DNA of 64,000 nucleotides from an uncultured Clostridia bacterium (GTDB lineage Bacteria; Bacillota; Clostridia; Christensenellales; UBA1242). The translations under genes were made by a program, and so were the position numbers. This document shows, in pieces, positions 9,597 through 18,235 of this stretch. Below the pieces are notes generated by a model. The model saw only the letters and a list, made by a program, of their open reading frames with translations. It made no database searches and had not been told where the DNA came from. Where the stretch lies: NCBI GenBank assembly GCA_934778215.1, contig CAKVOE010000002.1:287590-351589 (forward strand), given 5' to 3'. Each line of letters begins with the position of its first letter. Position 1 is the first letter of the stretch.

Positions 9597-9625
9597 TTGA
9601 AAAGGACGATAATATATGATATAAT
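9597..9625 (+). promoter_or_regulatory. Sigma-70-type promoter
   Basis: TTGAAA, 17 nt spacer, TATAAT, upstream of the GNAT gene. Confidence 0.5.
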
Positions 9626-9649
9626 CAACCCCATAAGGAAGGCTGATTT

Positions 9650-10129
9650 ATGGAATTTAGGCGAGCAAATGCAGAAGAAAAACACATAATTGCAGGAATA
9701 TACGAAAAGGTAAAGGGCAGTGAGTTTTGCACGTGGAACGAGTTTTATCCCACAATGGACGAGGTGGAGCACGATTTTAGCAACAATGGGTTATATTGTT
9801 TGGTAGATGGCGGGGAGTTATTGGGGGCTCTTAGTGTGGTTCAACCAAACGAAATGGATTTGCTAGATTGTTGGACACAAAAAACGGGCTTAATTAAAGA
9901 AATTGCCCGAATAGTAGTAGCACCAAACCACCAAGGCAAAGGTCTTGCAAAACTAATGGTTAATAAAATGGTAGAGGAATTTGGCAAAATGGGAGTAACA
10001 GCCATACACCTTTCTGTTGCCAAAAAAAATCTACCAGCACAAAAAGCCTACCAAAATGTTGGATTTAAAACGGTGGGAGAAACGATAATGTATGGTGGAG
10101 ATTACAACCTAATGGAGTACGTTTTTTAG
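9650..10129 (+). CDS. GNAT family N-acetyltransferase
   Basis: The acetyl-CoA binding motif IARIVVAPNHQGKGLAKLMV is present and the size is about 160 aa. Confidence 0.8.
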   Translation: MEFRRANAEEKHIIAGIYEKVKGSEFCTWNEFYPTMDEVEHDFSNNGLYCLVDGGELLGALSVVQPNEMDLLDCWTQKTGLIKEIARIVVAPNHQGKGLAKLMVNKMVEEFGKMGVTAIHLSVAKKNLPAQKAYQNVGFKTVGETIMYGGDYNLMEYVF

Positions 10130-10162
10130 CCCAACAAAACCTAAAAGATGGGGATATGATTG

Positions 10163-12169
10163 ATGGATATAATCAAAGAAGAAAAAGAAAAGTATAATCT
10201 AATTAAAAACAAATTAGAAAAATACCGAAAGGGGTTGGACGATTCTTTAATTCTTGCAAAACAGATTACTGACCCCAATATGGCAAGCATAATGGTAAAA
10301 GCGTATAGTAGGCAAATATATCTGTACGAAAAAAACAAAAAGCAGCCATATTTTGCCAAAATTATCTTCGAGGGCGATGACGAACCGATTGTTGCTTACA
10401 TTGGAAGAATTGGTTTTGCCGATTTAAACGAAGATGACATAATAGTAGATTGGAGAGCCCCGATATCCGAACTGTACTATAATTCTAAATTGGGGCGAAC
10501 TCAATTTTTGGTCGAAAACCGTCCAGTTAAAGGAGAATTGACTCTAAAAAGGCAAATCTCCTTTAAAAATGGCGAAATAATTTCGGCTTACGACATAGAC
10601 AATCAGTTAAGTTCAGATGAATTTCTTTTACCTTATTTAACAGGCTCAGCCGACAACCGTTTAAAAAGTATAGTATCAACAATTCAAGAAGAACAAGACC
10701 AAATTATTCGAATCCCTATAAACAAAAGCATTATAGTGCAAGGTGTTGCAGGTTGTGGAAAAACAACGGTTGCACTACATAGGTTGTCGTATTTAATATA
10801 CAACCACCGAGAAGCATACAATGCAAAAGAGTATTACATAATTTCGCCAAACAACGTATTCAAAAAATATATTTCAACGCTTTTAGAAGACCTAGACGCA
10901 GACGAGGCACAAAGTTCAACCATAAAACAACTAATAGAAAAAATTGTGGGCGATTACAAAATTTTAGATAAGCACGAGCAGTATGATTATTTGGTTGAAC
11001 ACAAAAAGGACACGGCATTTTTAAAATACAAAAGCGGAAAGCCGTTTTTGAGATTATTAAATATATTTATAGACCAATTAGAACAAAAACTTTTTACAAA
11101 AGATTTGGTGGTAGAAGGTGTAAATATTTTATCTGGCAAAAAGGTTTATGATATTTATAAAGAGTGCAAAAAAACCTCTATCGAAGAAAATGTCGAAATT
11201 TGGATTGACAAAGTTAATCACTATTTAAGAACAAGTGCCGACCTAAAAAGTTATCTAAAACAACTGGTGCAAACCTCAGCAATAAGTTTAAAGAAAAAGT
11301 TTGATATAGAGCATAAAGTACAGCAAGGGTTAATAAAAGAATTAAGAGCATATTTCAATAAAAACATTGACATAATGGCACTATATTGCCAGTTTATTAA
11401 GGTTTGCAATAATTATTCAGAAGACCCGTTAATAAACGAATTAAGAGCCGAAACGCTTGCTAATTTAAACAAAAAGACAATAAGTGAAGACGATTTTGGT
11501 GCAATTCTTTATTTGTATTCAAGAATAAAGAATGATAAAGAATGTGAAAAGATATGTCAAGTATTAATAGATGAAGCACAAGATATTTCTTATTTGCAGT
11601 TTTTGGCACTTCGCAACATATTCAAAACGGCAACCTTTTCAATTTTTGGAGATGTGGCACAATCACTTTATGAGTATCAAGTTATATCAAATTGGAGCGA
11701 AATTAGCGATATTTTTGACGATGCAATGTACATTGAGTTAAGAAAAAGTTATCGTACCACAATAGAAATTACAGCAAACGCAAACGAGCAATTAAAAAAC
11801 CTTGGGCTTGCCGATGCCGAAAATGTAATAAGACACGGGGAAGCGGTAGAGTACAATAAATCAAATTACAACCAAATTGCAAACGACATACAAAATGAAA
11901 TATCAACCTTTTTGCAAAGGGGTTTTGCGTCAGTTGCAATAGTTTGCCAAAACGAAGACGAAGTTCTGCAAGTTAAAACAATGCTAAGCAATACAAATCT
12001 TGTCGCACAAAACTTTGCAATAATGACTGCTATGGAAATTAAGGGGTTAGAGTTTGAGGGGGTAATCATTTATAATGAAAACTCCTATGATTTAACTAGG
12101 TTAAAACAAAAACAATTATATGTGGCAAAAACCAGAGCTTTGCACAAATTGATAATAAATAGTTTTTAA
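10163..12169 (+). CDS. helD: HelD-like UvrD/Rep superfamily-1 helicase (RNA polymerase recycling factor family)
   Basis: The N-terminal block reads YIGRIGF...VDWRAPISELYY. Walker A is GVAGCGKTT and motif II is VLIDEAQD. YRTT and a C-terminal GLEFEGVIIY are also present. Confidence 0.7.
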   Translation: MDIIKEEKEKYNLIKNKLEKYRKGLDDSLILAKQITDPNMASIMVKAYSRQIYLYEKNKKQPYFAKIIFEGDDEPIVAYIGRIGFADLNEDDIIVDWRAPISELYYNSKLGRTQFLVENRPVKGELTLKRQISFKNGEIISAYDIDNQLSSDEFLLPYLTGSADNRLKSIVSTIQEEQDQIIRIPINKSIIVQGVAGCGKTTVALHRLSYLIYNHREAYNAKEYYIISPNNVFKKYISTLLEDLDADEAQSSTIKQLIEKIVGDYKILDKHEQYDYLVEHKKDTAFLKYKSGKPFLRLLNIFIDQLEQKLFTKDLVVEGVNILSGKKVYDIYKECKKTSIEENVEIWIDKVNHYLRTSADLKSYLKQLVQTSAISLKKKFDIEHKVQQGLIKELRAYFNKNIDIMALYCQFIKVCNNYSEDPLINELRAETLANLNKKTISEDDFGAILYLYSRIKNDKECEKICQVLIDEAQDISYLQFLALRNIFKTATFSIFGDVAQSLYEYQVISNWSEISDIFDDAMYIELRKSYRTTIEITANANEQLKNLGLADAENVIRHGEAVEYNKSNYNQIANDIQNEISTFLQRGFASVAIVCQNEDEVLQVKTMLSNTNLVAQNFAIMTAMEIKGLEFEGVIIYNENSYDLTRLKQKQLYVAKTRALHKLIINSF

Positions 12170-12270
12170 CAATAGTTTAACCATTGTTAAAAATAACAAT
12201 TAAAATTTATTATAACAACTAAATGTGCAAAGGGCTACAAGTTATAAAAGAACATAAATTGATTTCAATA

Positions 12271-12308
12271 AAAAATTGACGGGAAAAGTTGATTCCCGTC
12301 AATTTTTA
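12271..12308. terminator. Bidirectional Rho-independent terminator between convergent genes
   Basis: The stem TTGACGGGA / TCCCGTCAA is flanked by an A-run on the left and a T-run on the right. Confidence 0.6.
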
Positions 12309-12423
12309 TTAGTGCTTAATTCGTTTTGTTAAATTTTGAATAATTAATTGCTATGCAGAAATTTATATTTATTTATATTTATGTAAGTAATTTTTATTAG
12401 ACTATGGTAAATAGAAATTATAA

Positions 12424-12858
12424 TTAATCTTTAATTACCACAACGCCCTCTGGCAAAATTTCAATAATATCGCCCGTTTTTACGGTGTTTAAAAACTCAT
12501 CGCCCAAATTGTCAATTGTTGGCATAGAGTGGCTTGTCCAAACATCTGCCAAAATTGTACCAGCGGCTGCAAGCGAATCTATTGGCTTAGAAAAGAGCAT
12601 TGCACCGGGATTGCACCCAATAACTGCAGAGTTAAACAGTACCATTCCGCCCGTTGTAGAACCAATTGTTTGTGGTAAACACAACGCAACGCCAACGGTG
12701 TTTTTGCCATAAAGGTCAGTGTTTCCTTGGTCGGTGCAAATGTTTTTTCCGTCCTTGCAGTTTTTAAACGAAGCCAAAGTATTAAATCCGCCATGGGAAA
12801 CTAGTGCTTCAAGTGTTGCCGTTCCGGGAACAACAACTCGTCCTTTAAATTGTTTCAT
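12424..12858 (-). CDS. Aconitase X swivel-domain subunit (DUF126, AcnX small subunit)
   Basis: The N-terminus FKGRVVVPGTATLEALV is followed by a small-subunit-like fold of 144 aa. Its start ATG shares one base with the upstream stop (TAATG). Confidence 0.7.
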   Translation of the reverse strand: MKQFKGRVVVPGTATLEALVSHGGFNTLASFKNCKDGKNICTDQGNTDLYGKNTVGVALCLPQTIGSTTGGMVLFNSAVIGCNPGAMLFSKPIDSLAAAGTILADVWTSHSMPTIDNLGDEFLNTVKTGDIIEILPEGVVVIKD

Positions 12859-14129
12859 TATTTTTTACCCCCTGTAATTTGGTCTAAAATTTCGGCGTCA
12901 GTATAATACCTTGCGCTGGTGTAAGTGCGTAGTTTATTAGAGTTGGTTATTACTGGCATTTTTGCACAAAGTGGATTGTTCATATACATTAGCGGGCAGA
13001 TATACGAAAGAACAACGCCCATTTGTTTTAATTTTGCAAAGTCTTCAGTTTTTTCAAACTCAGCAATAACGGCAGGCGCAGAAGTAAACACCGTTTTTAT
13101 GCTTACTTTTTTGCGATTTTTTTCTTTTAGTTTTGCTTCTAACTTTTCTGTCCAATCGTGCAGTTGTGCAAGGGTCATGTGCGGGCACCCCATAAAGCAA
13201 AGTTTTGGCTTTGCGTTTGGATTTTTCCAAATAACAGGATAGTTAGATTTTACTCTTTCTAGTTCGGCGTCATCAACTACATATACCTTTGCGTTTGGGT
13301 TTATTAACTTTTCGCCCATCTCCACCGCTTCGGGAGTAAGATTTTCTATATGATAAAGTCCAACCGAACCGTTTGAGGCAGTTGCTGCTCCAAAGTCTTT
13401 TAAATAGGTTGTGGCTTCGGCGTTAAGTTCGGTGCCAATCCACTTATCTAAGCCCTTAATATAAGGAACTTCTTCTAGCACTTTCATACCTATTGCAGAG
13501 CCCAAAAGTTGTGCTTCGGGTTTTTTTGTGGTTTTAATTTGTACAACCCAGTTTGCCTTACGCCCCTCGTCTGTTAGAAGTCCAAAATATGGAACATATC
13601 CAATAATTGAGCCAAACATTTCTATAATACCGCTATTACGGTTGCATCTAGCCCCCAAAACGGAGTTTGCGTAGTTTACGGCACTAGATTCTGCCCAAGA
13701 TAACACATCGCCCTTTTTTGGACGGTTGCCCACCTCTGGAAAATAGCACGCACAGGTAAAGGCATCGTCACTTAAAAGCCCTATTTGTTTTAATTGTTTT
13801 TCATAACGCTTTTGTGGGCCATACATTACTTTAAATACAATATCTTGTAATAAGTTTTTTGGTACATTTTTATCAGTTGGTCTAGGGTCAGCCGAAAAAA
13901 GTTGCTGGCTTTTTATTCCGCTTGCTACAAGTTCGTCCATTAGTTTAAATACGCCTTTTATTACTATTACACCAAAACTGGTAACAATATGACCATAGGT
14001 GCTTGTAACGGGAACCATTTTGGTAGCACCAAAGGTTTCGCCATACATTACAAGTGTTTTCATAATTTTTGCCATTTCGGCGCCCTTTTCGCCGTCCAAA
14101 ATGGCACGCTGTTCTTTTGTAAGTTCCAT
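12858..14129 (-). CDS. Aconitase X catalytic subunit (DUF521, AcnX large subunit)
   Basis: The N-terminus MELTKEQRAILDGEKGAEMAKIMKTLVMYGETFGA is the hallmark of DUF521. The protein is 423 aa with an AAGGAG RBS. Confidence 0.75.
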   Translation of the reverse strand: MELTKEQRAILDGEKGAEMAKIMKTLVMYGETFGATKMVPVTSTYGHIVTSFGVIVIKGVFKLMDELVASGIKSQQLFSADPRPTDKNVPKNLLQDIVFKVMYGPQKRYEKQLKQIGLLSDDAFTCACYFPEVGNRPKKGDVLSWAESSAVNYANSVLGARCNRNSGIIEMFGSIIGYVPYFGLLTDEGRKANWVVQIKTTKKPEAQLLGSAIGMKVLEEVPYIKGLDKWIGTELNAEATTYLKDFGAATASNGSVGLYHIENLTPEAVEMGEKLINPNAKVYVVDDAELERVKSNYPVIWKNPNAKPKLCFMGCPHMTLAQLHDWTEKLEAKLKEKNRKKVSIKTVFTSAPAVIAEFEKTEDFAKLKQMGVVLSYICPLMYMNNPLCAKMPVITNSNKLRTYTSARYYTDAEILDQITGGKK

Positions 14130-14140
14130 TTTTTATCTCC

Positions 14141-16189
14141 TTATATTTTCATTGCAACGTCCCACGCATTCCAAATAACCGTTCTTAGGTTTCCAACCTT
14201 GTTACAGTCGCCAACCAAATGAACTTTTTTTGTAGCAATTGGGTTTGGTACATATCCAACCGAAAGAATTACACTATCGGCATCAATATTAAATATTTCG
14301 CCTTTGTTATTTTTTACTACAACGCCCGAATCGGTAATTTCAAGAAGGCCTGTGTTAAGGTGTGTTTCTACCTTGTGTAGTTTAAAGAAATCTCTTAGGT
14401 AAGAAGAGTTTGCAAGGCATACACCCTTAACGGCAATTAGGTCGTTTTTCATCTCTACAATTATTGGGGTTTTACCCTTGTTAAATAGGTCAAGTGCAAT
14501 TTCGCAACCCGTTAAACCGCCACCAATAATTACAACACGCTCACCAACGGCTTTTTTGCCACAAAGATAGTCGCACGCTTCAATGCCCTTTTCAAAACCT
14601 TTAATTTTAAGCGTTCTTGGCGTTGCGCCTGTTGCAACAACAATTTCGTCAGCGTTTAATTCATCTATATTTGTTATGGTTTTATTGTATTCTATGGCAA
14701 TGTTTAGGTCCTTCATTTCTTTGCGGTACCATTCAATTAGGGCTTTATCTCTTTCTTTAAAGTCGGGTGCAGATGCAGGTATAAACACGCCACCCAATTG
14801 GTTGGTCTTTTCGTAAATGGTTACCTTATGACCTCTAAGAGTTAAAATTCTTGCCGTTTCCATTCCGCCAATACCACCACCAATAACGGCAACATTTTTT
14901 ACCTTTTTGGTAGGAACAATTTTGTATTTTTTGGTTTGCATGGTTCTAGGGTTTAGTGCACACCTTGCCATTCCGGCGTTATCTGATAGGCTTTGGTCGT
15001 TTGCAACGCCGTTATAGTGACACATATTAAAGCAAGCGTTATGACAACAAATGCAAGGCATAATGTCTTGAGGTTTGCCATTCATTAGTTTTGTAACCCA
15101 CTCTGGGTCAACCAAAAATTGACGGGCAACGCCCATTCCGTCTAGTTCTCCATTTTTGATAGCGTCATTTGCAACTTCGGGTGTCATTTTGCCGGCACAA
15201 ACAACAGGAATATCTACAAACTTTTTAATATGTTTAACTTCTTCTAAATTACAGTTTTGAGGCATATAAGGGGCAGGGTGTGCCCAATACCAAGCGTCAT
15301 AGGTTCCGTTGTCGCAATTTAGCATATCGTAACCAGCGTCTTGCAAATATTTTGCTGCCCGCTCGCTTTCTTCCATATCTCTACCAACTTCGGTATACTC
15401 TTCACCAGGCAATGCCCCTTCGCAAAAGCCCTTAGTTTTGCTAACTACAGAGTAGCGAAGAGAAACAGGGAAGTCTTGACCGCATTCAGCCTTAATGGCT
15501 TTAACTATTTCTACCGGAAAGCGATAACGATTTTCAAAACTACCGCCATATTTATCCGTTCTATTATTGGTATATTTCATAGTAAATTGGTCTAGCAAAT
15601 ATCCTTCGTGAACGGCATGAACCTCAATTCCGTCTACGCCGGCATCTTTGCATAGTTTTGCGGTTTTTGCAAAGGCTTCAACCATTTTGTCAATTTCTTT
15701 TATGGTAAGAGGCCTACTAATGCAACTTTCATCCCAACGGTTAGGTGTAGATGAAGCACTTGCTGTAAGATAACTCACATCTAAAACAGGCTTCAAAAGG
15801 GTGCCAAGAGCCTTATTTTTGATGGCTTTTACCATCAAATCGTTTATTGCAAGCGACCTGCCAAAGCCAGCGGTAAGTTGAATAAACATTTTGCAACCCG
15901 TTTTATGAAACTCGTCCATAAACTCTTTTAGTTTTTTAAATTTTCCTTTACCCTGATAAAGCCACTTGCCAAACAAAATGTCTTTAATTGGTGCAATACC
16001 GGGCAAAATTAAGCCAACATTGTTTTTTGCTCGTTCTAGCAAAAAGTTTGCCGATTCTTTGTCAAAATGATTGGGTTCCATCCAGCCAAAAATAGATGTT
16101 CCACCCATACTGGTCATAACTATACGGTTTTTAATTTCTACATTGCCTATTTTCCAAGGCGTAAATAATTCTTTAACGGATTCGTCCAT
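14141..16189 (-). CDS. Old-yellow-enzyme / 2,4-dienoyl-CoA-reductase-like flavoenzyme fused to an FAD/NAD(P) domain (enoate reductase family)
   Basis: The OYE N-terminus reads LFTPWKIGNVEIKNRIVMTSMG. An Fe-S Cys cluster (CICCHNACFNMC) is present, and the C-terminal half carries the dinucleotide folds VAVIGGGIGGME and VVIIGGGLTGCE. Confidence 0.8.
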   Translation of the reverse strand: MDESVKELFTPWKIGNVEIKNRIVMTSMGGTSIFGWMEPNHFDKESANFLLERAKNNVGLILPGIAPIKDILFGKWLYQGKGKFKKLKEFMDEFHKTGCKMFIQLTAGFGRSLAINDLMVKAIKNKALGTLLKPVLDVSYLTASASSTPNRWDESCISRPLTIKEIDKMVEAFAKTAKLCKDAGVDGIEVHAVHEGYLLDQFTMKYTNNRTDKYGGSFENRYRFPVEIVKAIKAECGQDFPVSLRYSVVSKTKGFCEGALPGEEYTEVGRDMEESERAAKYLQDAGYDMLNCDNGTYDAWYWAHPAPYMPQNCNLEEVKHIKKFVDIPVVCAGKMTPEVANDAIKNGELDGMGVARQFLVDPEWVTKLMNGKPQDIMPCICCHNACFNMCHYNGVANDQSLSDNAGMARCALNPRTMQTKKYKIVPTKKVKNVAVIGGGIGGMETARILTLRGHKVTIYEKTNQLGGVFIPASAPDFKERDKALIEWYRKEMKDLNIAIEYNKTITNIDELNADEIVVATGATPRTLKIKGFEKGIEACDYLCGKKAVGERVVIIGGGLTGCEIALDLFNKGKTPIIVEMKNDLIAVKGVCLANSSYLRDFFKLHKVETHLNTGLLEITDSGVVVKNNKGEIFNIDADSVILSVGYVPNPIATKKVHLVGDCNKVGNLRTVIWNAWDVAMKI

Positions 16190-16385
16190 ACCCTTCTCCT
16201 AAATTATTTTATTGAAACACTAAAAAGTTCTAATTTTTTCGTTTCTAATTTAATTATAATAATAATAAATTTTCTAGTCAAATTTATTTTGTGTTTATAC
16301 GCCAAAATTATCTATTCAAAGTTGTAAAATATTCACTTTTTGCAAAAGGGCTAAAATTAAATATAAAATTAATTTTTATTATAGA

Positions 16386-16415
16386 TTGACAGAGTTAAAT
16401 AAAATAGTGTACAAT
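16386..16415 (+). promoter_or_regulatory. Sigma-70-type promoter
   Basis: TTGACA, 18 nt spacer, TACAAT with an upstream TG, located 57 nt before the ATG at 16473. Confidence 0.5.
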
Positions 16416-16472
16416 CTAAATTGCGTGAATGAAATTTTGGTGAAATATAGCAAATAATGTGGTGAAACAAAA

Positions 16473-18227
16473 ATGGATAATAACACAAAAAATATAAAGA
16501 TAAGTTTTTGGGAAAAGATGCAAAGCAGGAAAAAAAGAGTTTTGCCAGCAATATTGGTTTCTTTAATAATACCTTTTTTGCTTTGTGTGTCTGTTCCTTT
16601 TGAAATATATTGTAACAATTCTAGCGAGTTTGTGTTTAGGGTAATAGACTTTTTGCCCTATTGTATAATGTTTATGCTGGGGATTGCATCATTTTTTGTG
16701 AGTTTATTGTTACTATTACCAAATGTGGCGTACAAGGTTATGCTATACTTTTTGTTAGGTTTAGGTTTTATGCTGTTTTTGCAAGGAACATACCTAAATG
16801 GCAACCTTTCGCTTACAGGCGACAATATGGCAGGCGCTGAGATAACCACAGCAAAAATGGCGGTAAACATCATTATTTGGCTGGCGGTAATGGCTTCGTT
16901 TATAACAATACCGTTAGTAATAAAAGACAAGGCGGGGTATATAAGGCTTGGTACAATTGTACTTTCGGTTATAGTAGTTGCAACACAAATTATGAGCGTG
17001 ACATTTAGTTCTATAAACAACAAAGACGCATTTTTACCACCCGAACAGCGAAACGAAAGCGAAAATGCAGCAAACAAAGAAACGCCACTTACTACAAAAA
17101 ATTTAACCAATTTATCTACTTCAAAAAACATTTTTTATTTTGTTGTAGATCGCTTTGATGAAGAAATTGCCGAAAGTACAAAAGAGGTACACCCAACAAT
17201 TTATAACGAATTAACGGGCTTTACTTGGTTTCAAGATAATATCTCTATATATGGTCACACCTTTCCTGCCGTCTGCAATATGCTAACAGGTGCAGAGTTT
17301 GACGCTAGTCAAAAAAGAGAAGATTATTTAGACCAAGCATACAAAGCCGATAACCCACTAAAAGAATTACACGAAATGGGTTACGACATAAACATTTACA
17401 CCGACCTATACTACTCATACACAGGTAGAAATATGCCAAGTTATATATCCAACCTAGAAAAGGGTGAGTATGTTATAGAAGATAGGTTTGGGCTATCATT
17501 TAGAATGGTGCAGTTAAGCTTATTTAGAAGTGTTCCACTGTTTGCAAAATGGGCATTTAAAGATATAAATTCATCTACCTGTAATAGTTATGCAAATTAT
17601 CATAGCGAAAGTGCAGAGGTAAATTACCAAACTTCAAACAAAGGGGCAAAAAAATTAGTAGATATTAAAGGTTTTACAAAAACCGACAACAAGCAATTTA
17701 GTTTTATTCATACCGAAGGGGCACATAATTTAGAACCCGACTATTCGTCCTCTGCTATAACAATTCCGAGCGTTGCAAACGCCACCAAAAATAGTTTTAG
17801 AGTTATTAACAGTTATTTGCAAAAGTTAAAAGAATATGGGTTATATAAAGACTCTACAATTGTAATTACTGGCGACCACGGGTCGGCAAAAAATGATTTA
17901 ACCCCAAGAACCTCCCCAACGCTAACAGCACTATTTGTAAAACCAGCGGGAGTAGATAGTGGCGAACTAAAAATTAGCAAAGCGCAAACATCGCACGCCG
18001 ATATTTGGGCAACTATACATAGGTCTGAGGGTATTACTAGCAGGTTTAACAGTGGCAAAAATGTTTTTGACATCGGCGAAGGCGAATTAAGAACAAGGTA
18101 TTACATTTGGCACACCTATTCCGGTGCTACCGATGAATATATTTACAAAATTTGTGGTGAGGGCAAAAACTTTGACAATTGGCACGAAGAAAGATATACA
18201 CACTACAATAAAGCGTTAATGGATTAG
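16473..18227 (+). CDS. Polytopic membrane protein with an extracytoplasmic alkaline-phosphatase-superfamily (LtaS/sulfatase-like) transferase domain
   Basis: About 5 N-terminal TM helices are followed by a soluble domain with FYFVVDRFD, HTEGAHN and ITGDHGS motifs. Confidence 0.55.
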   Translation: MDNNTKNIKISFWEKMQSRKKRVLPAILVSLIIPFLLCVSVPFEIYCNNSSEFVFRVIDFLPYCIMFMLGIASFFVSLLLLLPNVAYKVMLYFLLGLGFMLFLQGTYLNGNLSLTGDNMAGAEITTAKMAVNIIIWLAVMASFITIPLVIKDKAGYIRLGTIVLSVIVVATQIMSVTFSSINNKDAFLPPEQRNESENAANKETPLTTKNLTNLSTSKNIFYFVVDRFDEEIAESTKEVHPTIYNELTGFTWFQDNISIYGHTFPAVCNMLTGAEFDASQKREDYLDQAYKADNPLKELHEMGYDINIYTDLYYSYTGRNMPSYISNLEKGEYVIEDRFGLSFRMVQLSLFRSVPLFAKWAFKDINSSTCNSYANYHSESAEVNYQTSNKGAKKLVDIKGFTKTDNKQFSFIHTEGAHNLEPDYSSSAITIPSVANATKNSFRVINSYLQKLKEYGLYKDSTIVITGDHGSAKNDLTPRTSPTLTALFVKPAGVDSGELKISKAQTSHADIWATIHRSEGITSRFNSGKNVFDIGEGELRTRYYIWHTYSGATDEYIYKICGEGKNFDNWHEERYTHYNKALMD

Positions 18228-18235
18228 GAGAATAT

